A stretch of DNA of 55,020 bases from Candidatus Kaiserbacteria bacterium (GTDB lineage: Bacteria; Patescibacteriota; Minisyncoccia; Phycocordibacterales; UBA2100), in the NCBI GenBank assembly GCA_027082835.1, contig JALWTP010000025.1:1-55020 (forward strand), read 5' to 3'. Position 1 is the first letter of the stretch. Each line of letters begins with the position of its first letter. Shown here one piece after another: positions 29,648 to 40,416 of the stretch. The notes under the pieces are model-generated. The model worked only from the letters and a program-made list of their open reading frames with translations. It did no database searches and was not told where the DNA came from. The position numbers were made by a program, and so were the translations under genes.

Positions 29648-30886
29648 TTACTGTGCATCACGGTGTATGTCAGTGAGTTGTGCTGAGAACAAGACGCCGG
29701 TAATTAATACTCCACCTAGTGCGAGAAATATATAATTAAGTGGTACGGCGAATAACAAAAGTGTTGCTAAAAATGGTGCAATGATATAGGCGATGGGGAA
29801 AAGCATACGAAAAGCACTGATAATGTCAGAATCGTCCGTATCTGCATGTTTGAAGAAATAGCTTTCACTCCCTACTTCAATCATCGCTGCTCCGATGCGG
29901 GTTATAAAGATAATAGGTATCCATATAAGTAAAGCAGTGGTGGTAAGAAAGGTGAGTGCTCCGGTGGATATACTAATGATAAAAAAACCGAGTATTAACA
30001 CTTCTTTTTCTCCGATGCGAGTATCTTCTAATCTTCCTATGGGTATCTCTATGAGTACAAATGCAAGTGTCGCTATTGAAATGAATAGACCGACATACGA
30101 AAGGGGCATACCGAGCACTTGGTGTATATATAGCGGAAAATAGATAACCATAGTAGCGTAAAAGACTCTTAGAAAGAATTGAGCTACGAAGACATTACGC
30201 ATATCGGAACTCGCCTTGAGGATGTGTATAATGCTCTGCAGGTTTAGTTTGTGATAGGTCGGGTCATTAAAAGTTTTCAAATAGGGTGTTGCAATAAATA
30301 TAAAAGGAAAGAAAATAAATGCAGAGATTAAGAAAAGCATCATATAGCCACCCTGCTGTACCAAGAGACCTCCAATAAGAGGAGCGCCAATCCATGCAGC
30401 TGCGGCAATGGATAAAAAGGTGCCGCGAATACGGCCAGTTTCTGTATCTTCCGGTGTTGATCCTTCAAGGAATATATCAAGTGAGAAGGCAATAAGGGTC
30501 GGTACAATAAAAGTAGTAACAAAGAAAATAAAGGTGAATAGCAAACTATGACTTAGTGCAATTCCAACAAACGCCAAGAATTCAAGTGCACTGAGTGTGA
30601 GTATATTGGTGTAGTTTCCGAATTTTTTAAGTATATATGGTGCACTTCCCAATGCGAGAAGAGTAATCACTGAACCCACTGAGTAGAGAATGCCGATATA
30701 ATTTTCTGGAAAACCGCGAGCAACAAGCAGGGTTGCCATAAAGTAAGAAACGAGTGCTAAGTGCAGTGAAAAGAGAAAATTAAGTACATATAACGCACCG
30801 CGCGTTTTACGCATTCTCTGCAGACAGTGTATGTGTTTAATACTATGTATATGCGCCATTGCTATAAGTATATAGCAATGGCGCAA
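29648..30886 (-). CDS. MFS transporter
   Basis: About 12 hydrophobic helices, 412 aa. The true start may be an internal Met. Confidence 0.65.
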   Translation of the reverse strand: MRHCYILIAMAHIHSIKHIHCLQRMRKTRGALYVLNFLFSLHLALVSYFMATLLVARGFPENYIGILYSVGSVITLLALGSAPYILKKFGNYTNILTLSALEFLAFVGIALSHSLLFTFIFFVTTFIVPTLIAFSLDIFLEGSTPEDTETGRIRGTFLSIAAAAWIGAPLIGGLLVQQGGYMMLFLISAFIFFPFIFIATPYLKTFNDPTYHKLNLQSIIHILKASSDMRNVFVAQFFLRVFYATMVIYFPLYIHQVLGMPLSYVGLFISIATLAFVLIEIPIGRLEDTRIGEKEVLILGFFIISISTGALTFLTTTALLIWIPIIFITRIGAAMIEVGSESYFFKHADTDDSDIISAFRMLFPIAYIIAPFLATLLLFAVPLNYIFLALGGVLITGVLFSAQLTDIHRDAQ

Positions 30887-30919
30887 AATACAGATATAAC
30901 CTATACACAGGTTATAGAT

Positions 30920-32809
30920 TTATACGCAAACAATAACCGGTATAACGATAGGATTTTTGTGTGTTTGTTGCAATAAGAATTTGCTAACAATATCTCCAAG
31001 TTCGTTTTTGAGTTGGTCCATATCATTTTTCCCCGGCTTTTTAAATGAATCTTCCACAGTTTTTTTTACAATAAGCCGAGTTTGTCCGAGGAGCTCTTGT
31101 GATTCTCGCAAATATACAAATCCACGCGATATGATGTCAGGAGATTTTTTCAGTTTTCCTGAGCGTATGTGTATGGTTGCCACAATGACAAAGATTCCGT
31201 CTTGAGCGAGAGCTTGTCTGTCTTTAATAACGGTTTCTTGTATGTCGTGCACTTTCAGACCTTCTACGATACGAGTGGTCATTGGCGCTGTTTCTTTTAA
31301 GCGTACAAACTTTTCACCGTTCTTGCTTATCTCAACAATAGTGCCATTGTCTGGTATTACAATGTTTTCCTTTGGTATACCGGTAGATTTTTGAATCAGA
31401 TCTGCGTGAATGCGCAACATATAATGGTATCCGTGTTGTGGTATGAAGTATCTTGGCTTTATGTGTTGATGTATCCATTTGGCTTCTTCGCCGCTTCCGT
31501 GTCCTGATGCGTGCACATCACTTGTTTCGTAGGTAATAATGTGAGCTCCTTGTCGTGCAATCTTGTCTTTCAATGATTGTACGGCATTTTCATTTCCCGG
31601 AATGACAGAAGAAGACAACACAACCGTGTCAGATGTAGTGAGTTTTAGGAATTTGTGAGTTTTGTCCGCCATACGCATCAGTGCCGCGTAGGTGTCACCT
31701 TGTGCTCCCGTAGCGAGAACCAATATCTTGTTTGCAGGATAGTCTCCCATTTGCTCACTCTTTATTATAGTACCTTTCTTTGGTTTAAGCATACCGAGCT
31801 CTTGTGCTATTGATAGGTTGTTTTTCATACTGCGTCCTTCAAGTACCACCTTTCGTCCGTTTTCTTCCGCTATCTGGATTATGCGTATAATGCGTTCCAA
31901 TTGAGATGCGAATGTTCCAATAATAAGACGCGTTTTTGATTCTTTTATTATCTTTTTAAATGATTCAAATACTTTGTGTTCAGGTATTGACCATCCAGGT
32001 TTCCATACACTTGTTGAGTCCATAAGAAGGCAGGTTATTTCCTCTTCTTCAAATACACTAAATGACTCTTCTTCCTCTTTGTCTACCACTCCGGTGCCGT
32101 CATGGTTAAGCTTAATGTCTCCGGTGATGGCTATATTTCCTTGTGGAGTTTTTATGATCACTCCCATAGAGTCCGGTATGGTGTGTGTTACACCATAGAA
32201 CCGCACTTGTATAGAGCCGACATTTATTGTTTCAGTAGATTCAACTTCGCGTATATCAAGATCGGGAAGATGAGGAAACTCTTCTTGGCGTTTCTTAATC
32301 ATTACTCCGGTTAATCTTCGTGTATAAATAGGCGGATTTCCTATCCTGTCTATGATGTAGGGGATTCCTCCTATGTGATCCAAGTGTCCGTGTGTTATAA
32401 CGAGTCCGCGTATTTTAGATTGGCGGTCTTCCAAGTATTGAGTGTTTGGCAAGATATAGTCTACTCCCGGAGTACTGTCTTCTTGGAACATAAAACCACA
32501 GTCCACAACAATTATGTCGTCATTGTACTCAATGGCGGTCATATTTCTTCCGATTTCCTCTACACCACCAAGTGGAATAATTCGTATTGTGTCTTTGGGA
32601 AGTGGCGGAATAACATCGTTTTTTCTACGAGCAAATTGACTCGGCGCCTGTGGGCCACGGTGTTTTCGGTTTGCGCGTGGTTTTCTGGTGCGAGACCCTG
32701 CTGAGCTTTTCACATTGCGCGTTGTCTTTTTTTCACCGACTGTTTTTCTCTGATGTGGTCGTTGAGTACTCCTTTTTGCAGGAGTTCTCTTTTCGTTTTT
32801 TTCTTTCAT
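30920..32809 (-). CDS. rnj: Ribonuclease J (beta-CASP metallo-beta-lactamase) with a basic N-terminal extension
   Basis: VITHGHLDHIGG motif and beta-CASP region. The first ~70 aa are K/R-rich. Confidence 0.85.
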   Translation of the reverse strand: MKEKNEKRTPAKRSTQRPHQRKTVGEKKTTRNVKSSAGSRTRKPRANRKHRGPQAPSQFARRKNDVIPPLPKDTIRIIPLGGVEEIGRNMTAIEYNDDIIVVDCGFMFQEDSTPGVDYILPNTQYLEDRQSKIRGLVITHGHLDHIGGIPYIIDRIGNPPIYTRRLTGVMIKKRQEEFPHLPDLDIREVESTETINVGSIQVRFYGVTHTIPDSMGVIIKTPQGNIAITGDIKLNHDGTGVVDKEEEESFSVFEEEEITCLLMDSTSVWKPGWSIPEHKVFESFKKIIKESKTRLIIGTFASQLERIIRIIQIAEENGRKVVLEGRSMKNNLSIAQELGMLKPKKGTIIKSEQMGDYPANKILVLATGAQGDTYAALMRMADKTHKFLKLTTSDTVVLSSSVIPGNENAVQSLKDKIARQGAHIITYETSDVHASGHGSGEEAKWIHQHIKPRYFIPQHGYHYMLRIHADLIQKSTGIPKENIVIPDNGTIVEISKNGEKFVRLKETAPMTTRIVEGLKVHDIQETVIKDRQALAQDGIFVIVATIHIRSGKLKKSPDIISRGFVYLRESQELLGQTRLIVKKTVEDSFKKPGKNDMDQLKNELGDIVSKFLLQQTHKNPIVIPVIVCV

Positions 32810-32835
32810 AATAGTTTTTGTGTAATTAAGTTAGT

Positions 32836-34617
32836 TTAATAATTTTTGTTTTTTAAGAAAAAGTTCCAAACTCGTTCCGTTTGTGTATACCATGTAGATA
32901 TTTCTGAAAATCTTTCACTCGGAGTCGCTACTATCTGCATAGTGGTTCCTTTTATTGACTTTGGAGTAATGTAAATAAAGTCAGGAGAGTATAAAAATAG
33001 AGCGGGGGTGTCCTTTTGAATTGTCTTTTCAAATTTAAGATAAAGCTCATTTCTTAATTTTGCATCAGTTTCTTTTCGTGCTTTTTCAAGATAGGTATCG
33101 GCATTTGTATTGGTATACATTGAAATGTTTAATCCCGGATCGTCTTTTTGTGATGAGTGCCAAAATGCAAACAGATCTAATCCACGACCAACTACCTCTC
33201 CGAAAAGAAGTGCCTCATAATCACGCGGGCGTATTACATTTTGGTTCAGGTCTCCCGTGTCATATACACGCACTTTTGTTTGTATGCCTATGTTCTCCCA
33301 AGTTTTAGCTATGATATCAGCTGCCATTTTTAGCTCAGGCGTGTTGGCGGTAGAAATGGTTATAGTTATCGGCTCTTTTTTAAGTTTCCACTGGTGTGCC
33401 TCTTCGTCAAATGTGGCACCAGATTTTTCAAGGAGTGCTCGAGCCGCGTCGTTTCTTTCTTGTTGCGTTTTGTATGTACTATTTTCAAAATGTGCTTGTC
33501 CTTCAACAGTGCCCGGTGGGATAGGAGAGTTTATGGGAGTACCAAATCCGTTGAGTACTTGCTCTACCAATGCCTGTTTATCAATTGCGGTGTCCAGAGC
33601 TTTACGCACATTACTGTTTACAAGTGCATGGTTTTTGTTTTGATTTAAGAAGAGCGCGAATACACGAGGAAAATCTATTTTCTCCAATACAGAGTCGTTT
33701 TTTAAAACTTTTTCTATTTTATTTGATGAGATAGCGCTCAAACTGGTAATTTTTCCACTCGCATACGCACGGATTAAATCGTCTTCGTTTGAATAGAAAT
33801 ACATAAGAAACCTATTTATATATGGTCTGCCAAGTGCATATTTCTCAAATGACTTCAGCTCGTATCGTGAAGGAACTCCAGAAGAATCGTATTTTATGTT
33901 CTTAAGTTTAAATGGCCCTGATCCAATTGGATTGGTGTTAAATTTGCTAAATGCAAATTCTTGATCAGGTACATTTTTCCATATATGTTTTGGTAGTATG
34001 CCGAGAGTTGTATTTTCCAAGAAAGGCGCGTAAGGAGTTTTAAGAGTAAATTCAACTTCGCGTGCATTTATTTTCTTTACTGACACGCCGTCCCACTCCG
34101 CTATGCGCGTACTTTTGATTATAGGGTCTTGTGCTTTTTGTATGGTAAAGAGTATGTCATCTGCAGTCAGAGGGGTGCCATCATGAAATTTCACATCATC
34201 TTTCAAAGTAAATGTATATACTCTACCATCTTCTGAGACAGTGTATCTTTTTGCCAAATCGGGGATGAGATCACCATTTTTTGATGCCTTCATCAATCCT
34301 GAATATATAAGCATCGTGAGGTCGCGGTCAGTGTCGGTTTGGGCAATAAGCGGGTTAATAAAGCGCGGTGCCCCGACAACCCCTTCTATCACCGCACCTC
34401 CGCGAGTTGGAATAGAGGTAGTAGTGAATGTGTTGATTTGTGAGATTATTCCCAATGTGCTTAGTAGCACACCTGCTGTTAATATCCAAAATATAACTTT
34501 TTCAAAAGGAGAAAGAGAGTCAATGGTTGTCTGTATTTTATTCAAAAAAGAAACATTGTATGACCAATCAGATATTCTTTTGAATGTATTTTTTATCGTA
34601 TTAAGCGTAGTACGCAT
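32836..34617 (-). CDS. ABC transporter substrate-binding protein, family 5 (peptide/nickel type), membrane-anchored
   Basis: About 590 aa; N-terminal TM; SBP_bac_5-like pattern (GSGPFKLK, YSGLMK). Confidence 0.7.
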   Translation of the reverse strand: MRTTLNTIKNTFKRISDWSYNVSFLNKIQTTIDSLSPFEKVIFWILTAGVLLSTLGIISQINTFTTTSIPTRGGAVIEGVVGAPRFINPLIAQTDTDRDLTMLIYSGLMKASKNGDLIPDLAKRYTVSEDGRVYTFTLKDDVKFHDGTPLTADDILFTIQKAQDPIIKSTRIAEWDGVSVKKINAREVEFTLKTPYAPFLENTTLGILPKHIWKNVPDQEFAFSKFNTNPIGSGPFKLKNIKYDSSGVPSRYELKSFEKYALGRPYINRFLMYFYSNEDDLIRAYASGKITSLSAISSNKIEKVLKNDSVLEKIDFPRVFALFLNQNKNHALVNSNVRKALDTAIDKQALVEQVLNGFGTPINSPIPPGTVEGQAHFENSTYKTQQERNDAARALLEKSGATFDEEAHQWKLKKEPITITISTANTPELKMAADIIAKTWENIGIQTKVRVYDTGDLNQNVIRPRDYEALLFGEVVGRGLDLFAFWHSSQKDDPGLNISMYTNTNADTYLEKARKETDAKLRNELYLKFEKTIQKDTPALFLYSPDFIYITPKSIKGTTMQIVATPSERFSEISTWYTQTERVWNFFLKNKNY

Positions 34618-34733
34618 AGTGTGTATTTTTATTGGTTTTATATACAAAATGAAAATGCAATGTGGACTGACTACCTTTATAGAGCGAGTAGTATGTAGTA
34701 AGGAAATCTTTAATACCGTATCTATATGATAGA

Positions 34734-34964
34734 TTATACCAACAAAGCAACAAAAGCGGTTATTGCAAATAATACTGCCAATACAATACTTGCGCGAAAT
34801 AAAGTACGCTCCAAGCCTCGTCTCGTATTAAATTGCGAGCCAAAGTTATCTGCTCCAAATGCTCCTCCAAGACTTGATCCAGTTTGCTGAAGCAAAATCG
34901 TGGTGATGAGCATTACGGAAAGCGTTATTTGTATGTACGGCAAAAAACCGATAATTGCTTCCAT
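34734..34964 (-). CDS. secG: Preprotein translocase subunit SecG
   Basis: 76 aa, two TM helices, LLQQTGSSLGGAFG motif. Confidence 0.7.
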   Translation of the reverse strand: MEAIIGFLPYIQITLSVMLITTILLQQTGSSLGGAFGADNFGSQFNTRRGLERTLFRASIVLAVLFAITAFVALLV

Positions 34965-35073
34965 GTTGCTTGCGAGTATACCAATAGTTTAAAAATAAGC
35001 AAGTGCAATATTTTATGTAAATCTTAGCTGATATTGCAATTCGTTTTCTGTTTGGTATAGTGCTGGCACAATT

Positions 35074-35721
35074 ATGAAAGAATTAGTTATAGAAAAACGA
35101 CCAGAAGGTGTAAAACCCAAGGCAATACGGGAGCGCGGATACATACCCGCAGTGTTTTATGGTCCCAAAGAAGATGCTACACCTATTATGGTTGCAAAGA
35201 GTGATTTTATTAAGCTCTATGATGAAGTAGGTGGGTCAGCAATCGTGAGTCTTACTGGAGTAGGAGATGAGAAAGAGGTGCTCATTCATTCAGTAGATTG
35301 GCATCCGGTGAGTGGAGATCCTATAAGTGTTGATTTCTATTGTATTGAGCGCGGAAAGAAACTCACTGTAACGGTTCCATTGACTTTCGTTGGAGAGGCA
35401 TCTGCAGAGAAGCTTGGAGGTATTGTTGCCAAGGCATTGCACGAATTGGAGATAGAAGTGCGTCCTCGCGATATACCATCTGAAATATCTGTTGATTTGA
35501 GTGCACTCACTGAATTAGATAGTACCATAACCGTTGCTGACCTAAACATAGATTCAGAGATTGATGTTTTGCGAGACGCAGAAGATGTGGTGGCTTCCGT
35601 AACGGTACAGAAAGAAGAAGCAGAAGAAGAGGAGCGAAGTGTTGATGATGTGGAAATTGAAGGAAAAGGAGGAGATGAAAATGCCGAATCAGGAGACGAT
35701 AGCGAAGAAAAGAGCGAATAA
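35074..35721 (+). CDS. rplY: Ribosomal protein bL25 (Ctc form) with acidic tail
   Basis: RERGYIPAVFYGPKEDATPI N-terminus, two-domain Ctc length, E/D-rich C-terminus. Confidence 0.8.
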   Translation: MKELVIEKRPEGVKPKAIRERGYIPAVFYGPKEDATPIMVAKSDFIKLYDEVGGSAIVSLTGVGDEKEVLIHSVDWHPVSGDPISVDFYCIERGKKLTVTVPLTFVGEASAEKLGGIVAKALHELEIEVRPRDIPSEISVDLSALTELDSTITVADLNIDSEIDVLRDAEDVVASVTVQKEEAEEEERSVDDVEIEGKGGDENAESGDDSEEKSE

Positions 35722-35739
35722 TCTATCAAATAAAACAAT

Positions 35740-35771
35740 AAAAATGCACACTTCCATGGTGTGCATTTTTT
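35740..35771 (+). terminator. Rho-independent terminator
   Basis: TGCACAC-ttccatg-GTGTGCA followed by a T-run. Confidence 0.7.
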
Positions 35772-35810
35772 ATAGGAAGTTTTTTGTAGACAATGTATAC
35801 TTAATGAAAT

Positions 35811-37163
35811 ATGCGTGTGCATAAGGTAGAAATATTTTTTTTTTTTTTTTTTATTGTTGTTATGGTAGCCGCTCCATTTTCGTATTCGTATGCGGAAACG
35901 GCAGCACAACGACGCGCTAGGCTACAAGCAGAATTGACCAAGATAGAAAGTGAAATACAGGCGCAGGAGAAAATATTGAAAGAAAAGAGCACTGAGCGTC
36001 AAAGTCTTGAACGAGATGTGGCAGTACTCAATGCACAGGTATACAAAGCGCAGCTGGCGATAAGGCGCAGAAACATAACCATATCAAATCTTTCATCAAA
36101 GGTGAGTCTTAAAAACGCTGCGATAGAAGAATTGAATAAAAAGATTGAAAGAGAAAAAGAGTCATTACAACAACTCATTACAAAGACAAACGAAATAGAT
36201 AATCTATCGCTTTTTGAAATTATTCTCGGGAAAGACGACATCTCAACCATATTCACCGATATAGATTCATTTAATGTATTAAAAAGTTCAATATCAAAAT
36301 CATTTAAGGTGATAGACGCAACAAAAAAGCAAATAAACTTCCAGAAAAATGCTCTTATTGATGCCAAAACCGAAGAACTTGATTTACGACGATTGCAAGT
36401 ACTGGAGAAAAACAAGGTAGAACAGAAAAAGAAAGAAAAGAAAAATATCCTAACGGTCACCAAAGGACAGGAGAAAATATATGAAAAAATAGTGGCCGAG
36501 AAGAAAAAATCAGCTGCTGAGATACGGTCTGCGCTCTTTGCGTTGCGAGATTCGGCAGCGATTCCGTTTGGGAAGGCGTATGACTACGCCAAAGAGGCGA
36601 GTATAAAAACGCATGTGCGTCCTGCAATTACGCTTGCAATTCTGACGCAAGAGACAAACTTGGGCGAAAATGTAGGGCAGTGTTTGCTCACCAATTCACC
36701 AAACAAAGGAGATGGGAAAGGGAAAAATACCGGAAGAGCATTCCGGCAGGTTATGAAAGGCAGTAGAGATGTAGATCCGTTTATGCAAATAGTAAATGAG
36801 CTGGGATTGGATCCATTTAGTCAAGTGGTTTCGTGTCCACCGGGATATGGATACGGTGGTGCTATGGGACCGGCACAATTTATTCCTTCAACATGGGTGT
36901 TATATAAAAAGAGAATAGCAAAAGCGTCAGGCGAAAATCCTCCAAATCCATGGAATCCTCGTACGGCTGTCTTTGCCACCTCGCTTTTGATGATGGACAA
37001 TGGTGCCGATGGCGGGACGTATGCATCTGAGCGATTAGCAGCACTGCGCTACTTCGCAGGATGGAAAAACGCGCGAAAGTCTGCTTACGCATTTTATGGG
37101 GATAGTGTAATGGAACTTGCAACCAAAATACAGCGACAAATTGATATTATTGAGGGAAAGTAA
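35811..37163 (+). CDS. Secreted coiled-coil protein with a C-terminal lytic transglycosylase (MltB/SLT_2-like) domain
   Basis: Signal peptide MRVHKVEIFFFFFFIVVMVAAPFSYSYA, long coiled coil, then LTQETNLG and GAMGPAQFIPSTW motifs. Confidence 0.7.
   Translation: MRVHKVEIFFFFFFIVVMVAAPFSYSYAETAAQRRARLQAELTKIESEIQAQEKILKEKSTERQSLERDVAVLNAQVYKAQLAIRRRNITISNLSSKVSLKNAAIEELNKKIEREKESLQQLITKTNEIDNLSLFEIILGKDDISTIFTDIDSFNVLKSSISKSFKVIDATKKQINFQKNALIDAKTEELDLRRLQVLEKNKVEQKKKEKKNILTVTKGQEKIYEKIVAEKKKSAAEIRSALFALRDSAAIPFGKAYDYAKEASIKTHVRPAITLAILTQETNLGENVGQCLLTNSPNKGDGKGKNTGRAFRQVMKGSRDVDPFMQIVNELGLDPFSQVVSCPPGYGYGGAMGPAQFIPSTWVLYKKRIAKASGENPPNPWNPRTAVFATSLLMMDNGADGGTYASERLAALRYFAGWKNARKSAYAFYGDSVMELATKIQRQIDIIEGK
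35835..35852 (+). repeat. 18-nt poly(T) homopolymer inside the signal-peptide coding region
   Basis: Counted directly; encodes FFFFFF in frame. Confidence 0.95.
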
Positions 37164-37241
37164 AGGAAATTATAGAGTACTGATGAGGATGGTACATGAA
37201 ATTACTTGCCTCTTTTTGAAAAAATGATACAGTATCGCGAT

Positions 37242-37499
37242 ATGAAAAAGGATATACATCCGGAAAATTATAGAGAAGTATTGTTCGTCGATAACACATC
37301 AGGCGAAGAGTTTTTGCTTAATTCAACAGTTGAAACTTCAGAAAAAGGAACATATAACGGAAAAGAATATCCTCTTGTTCGTATTGAGATTTCGAGTGCG
37401 TCGCATCCATTCTATACCGGTGTAAAAACAACCATAGACACCGCAGGTCGCGTTGAGAAATTCAAAGCACGAGCAGCCGCAGCTAAAGGCGATAAATAA
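37242..37499 (+). CDS. rpmE: Ribosomal protein bL31 (type B, no Zn Cys motif)
   Basis: [13 protein letters not shown]...[10 protein letters not shown]. Confidence 0.85.
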   Translation: MKKDIHPENYREVLFVDNTSGEEFLLNSTVETSEKGTYNGKEYPLVRIEISSASHPFYTGVKTTIDTAGRVEKFKARAAAAKGDK

Positions 37500-37564
37500 C
37501 GCACAATAGCGTATACTGTAACCGTAGGCTTTTCGTCTGCGATTTTATACTATTATGTAATATT

Positions 37565-38557
37565 ATGTTCGAAACTAACGAAAAACCCGAGATTATACAA
37601 AAATACGAGCATGATCCTCGTGTAGGGTATTTAATACAGGAATATCATAAACTTGAAGGACAAGAGCACGATGCGAGAGAGCTGGCACAAACAGACCCAC
37701 AGATGGCAGAACTTGCAAAAGAGGACTGTGAAGCAATACTGCAAGCAAAAGAAGGAATTATCTCTCAGATACAAGATATTGTGAAAGAGGATTCTGTACA
37801 ACAAAAGTTTCCTGATGAGTTGGTCCTTGAAGTGCGCGCAGGTGCGGGGGGAGAAGAAGCCGCACTATTTGCAGAAGAGCTTGCGCTTATGTACACCAAG
37901 TACGCAGAGGTTAAGGGGTGGAGTGTGCGAACACTTCACGAATCTCGTTCATCTATGGGAGGATTTAAAGAAGCATCTTTTGAGATTAAAGGAAAGGGGA
38001 GCTATAAACTACTTCGTCTTGAGACGGGAGTACATCGAGTGCAACGAATACCTGCGACAGAAAAACAGGGGAGAATCCATACTTCTACCGCGAGTGTGGC
38101 GGTACTTCCGGTGTATAAACACACGACAATAGAAATAAATCCTGCAGATTTAGAGATAGAGTTTTCTCGCTCTGGTGGGAAAGGCGGACAAAATGTAAAC
38201 AAAGTGGAAACAGCGGTACGATTGACGCACAAACCGACAGGACTTACTGTGCGCTGTACTGCAGAGCGAAGCCAGCAGAAAAACCGCGAGAAAGCATATT
38301 CCATCATCGCTTCGCGATTGCAAGAGATGCACGATGAAGAAGAAGCGCGCAAGATATCGGACGCACGGTCATTGCAAGTGGGTACGGCAGACCGTTCTGA
38401 AAAGATTCGCACCTACAACTTCCCGCAGGACCGTATTACCGATCACAGAATTAAAGAATCTTGGTCGGGCATTGAAAAGGTAATGGGAGGCGATATAGAT
38501 ACAATACTTAAAGCGATAGGAAGTGCTGCAGAGGAGGAAGGCGAAGATTCTGAATAA
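37565..38557 (+). CDS. prfA: Peptide chain release factor 1
   Basis: PAT tripeptide ([14 protein letters not shown]) and GGQ ([20 protein letters not shown]). Confidence 0.9.
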   Translation: MFETNEKPEIIQKYEHDPRVGYLIQEYHKLEGQEHDARELAQTDPQMAELAKEDCEAILQAKEGIISQIQDIVKEDSVQQKFPDELVLEVRAGAGGEEAALFAEELALMYTKYAEVKGWSVRTLHESRSSMGGFKEASFEIKGKGSYKLLRLETGVHRVQRIPATEKQGRIHTSTASVAVLPVYKHTTIEINPADLEIEFSRSGGKGGQNVNKVETAVRLTHKPTGLTVRCTAERSQQKNREKAYSIIASRLQEMHDEEEARKISDARSLQVGTADRSEKIRTYNFPQDRITDHRIKESWSGIEKVMGGDIDTILKAIGSAAEEEGEDSE

Positions 38558-38633
38558 AATCACAAGCATATTGCTCTTTTTGGTTTAATTTGATAGTATC
38601 TCTTTGCCCACTCGTAAAGTGGGTATAAAAAAT

Positions 38634-39353
38634 ATGACAGAAACAATGATAAAAAAATTATTTGAAGTTGGCGCACACTACGGATATTCTCGTTCAAGAC
38701 GAAATCCGTCTATCGCCAAGTTTATTTTTGGACAAAAAAATAAGAACGACATTTTTGATCTTGAGCTTACACAAAAGCAATTTGTGAACGCAATGGATGC
38801 TATAGAGAAAACTGCCGCTACCGGAAAGAATATTTTGTTTGTTGCCGGCAAAAACGAAGCACGCATAATAGTACGCAATGGAGCAGAAAAGGTAGACCAG
38901 CCATTTGTATGTGGTCGTTGGATAGGTGGAACCCTTACCAACTTCAAAGAAATCTCAAAGCGCGTGCGTTTGCTCGATACTCTTAAAACCGATAAAGAAA
39001 AAGGAAACCTAGAGAAGTACACCAAAAAAGAACGACTTCTTATAGATAGACAAATAGATGATTTGGAAAAGATGTTTGGTGGTATTGCTGATATGAAAGA
39101 GCTACCCGCAATGCTTTTCATAGTAGATCCAAAGCACGAAGATGCTGCGGTGAAAGAAGCAAAGACACTTAATATACCAACTGTTGCACTCGCCAACTCT
39201 GACTGCGATATTTCAAATATTACCTATCCTATTCCCGCAAACGACGCGACAGCAAAAAGCATAGCGTTCGTTGTAGATTCAGTGGTAGCCGCTATTGAAA
39301 ACGGAAAGAAAAATATCAAGAAAGACAAACCAGCTGAGGAAAAAACAAAATAA
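38634..39353 (+). CDS. rpsB: Ribosomal protein uS2
   Basis: LFEVGAHYGYSRSRRNP...; upstream of tsf. Confidence 0.9.
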   Translation: MTETMIKKLFEVGAHYGYSRSRRNPSIAKFIFGQKNKNDIFDLELTQKQFVNAMDAIEKTAATGKNILFVAGKNEARIIVRNGAEKVDQPFVCGRWIGGTLTNFKEISKRVRLLDTLKTDKEKGNLEKYTKKERLLIDRQIDDLEKMFGGIADMKELPAMLFIVDPKHEDAAVKEAKTLNIPTVALANSDCDISNITYPIPANDATAKSIAFVVDSVVAAIENGKKNIKKDKPAEEKTK

Positions 39354-39392
39354 AGAAGGACTCTTACTATTAGTTTAACTTATACATAGTGT

Positions 39393-39971
39393 ATGACATC
39401 TACTGAACTTATTAAACAATTACGAGACGAAACGGGAGTTTCTATAATGCAGTGTAAAAAAGCATTGGAAGAAGCCAATGACGATATTGAAACTGCGAAA
39501 GTGGCACTGCGAAAAATTAGCGCACAAGTAGCTGCAAAGAAGTCAGACCGTGAGCTTGGCAGTGGTACCATACAGGCATATCTACACGCTGGAAACTCTA
39601 TTATGGGAGCAGTGGTGCTTGCATGTGAGACAGACTTCGTAGCGAAAAATGAAGAATTTGTCGCACTTGCATATGACATTGCTATGCATGTAGCAGCGAC
39701 TGCTCCTGAGTTTATATCGCGTGATGATGTAACAGAAGAGTCTACCGCAGCTGCACGAGAGCTTTTTGAAAAAGAGGCACAAGACAAGCCGGAAGAAATG
39801 CGAGAAAAAATAGTGGAAGGAAAGATGAACTCATTCCTGAAAGAAAAGGTGCTATTAGAGCAACCATTTGTGAAAACTCCTGATAAGACTATACAAAATC
39901 TTCTTGATGAAGCTACACAAAAATTTGGCGAGAGAATTGAGATTTCAAAAATGTCTCGTCTTTGTGTATAG
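39393..39971 (+). CDS. tsf: Elongation factor Ts (short form)
   Basis: LIKQLRDETGVSIMQCKKALEEANDDIETA UBA-like N-terminus; 192 aa. Confidence 0.85.
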   Translation: MTSTELIKQLRDETGVSIMQCKKALEEANDDIETAKVALRKISAQVAAKKSDRELGSGTIQAYLHAGNSIMGAVVLACETDFVAKNEEFVALAYDIAMHVAATAPEFISRDDVTEESTAAARELFEKEAQDKPEEMREKIVEGKMNSFLKEKVLLEQPFVKTPDKTIQNLLDEATQKFGERIEISKMSRLCV

Positions 39972-39979
39972 TATTATAT

Positions 39980-40390
39980 ATGACCTACAGCATACTTTTC
40001 GTTGTATTTCTTACACTTTTTGTTGCTTTTATTACACTTAAGCATTTTTCGCTATTGGAAAATGTGGAGGTGTATAAAAGAGTGCGATCAAAGGGCGATG
40101 CAAAAGTAGTAAAGTACGCGCGCATCGCCAAAAAAAGCACAGAGAATATTGATTTTGGTGCACTCGTTATATTTACAATGCGCAGAAGTATTCATTTGGT
40201 AGCACATATTATTGCAACTGTTGCCAAAAGCGTTGAGAATAACGCACGGAAAGTTACCGGAGCAATGGCCTACTCAAAAGAAGAAGTGTCTATGCGTGAA
40301 GGGTCTTCGTTTCTGAAAGAGGTTTCCATACACAAAAAGGGACTTGACACAGATAGAATTAAAAGAGAAACTACTCTGACTTCTGAATAG
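39980..40390 (+). CDS. Hypothetical membrane-anchored protein
   Basis: N-terminal TM (ILFVVFLTLFVAFITL); no recognisable family. Confidence 0.35.
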   Translation: MTYSILFVVFLTLFVAFITLKHFSLLENVEVYKRVRSKGDAKVVKYARIAKKSTENIDFGALVIFTMRRSIHLVAHIIATVAKSVENNARKVTGAMAYSKEEVSMREGSSFLKEVSIHKKGLDTDRIKRETTLTSE

Positions 40391-40416
40391 GTTTGGAAGT
40401 TAGATTGGCAGAAAAA

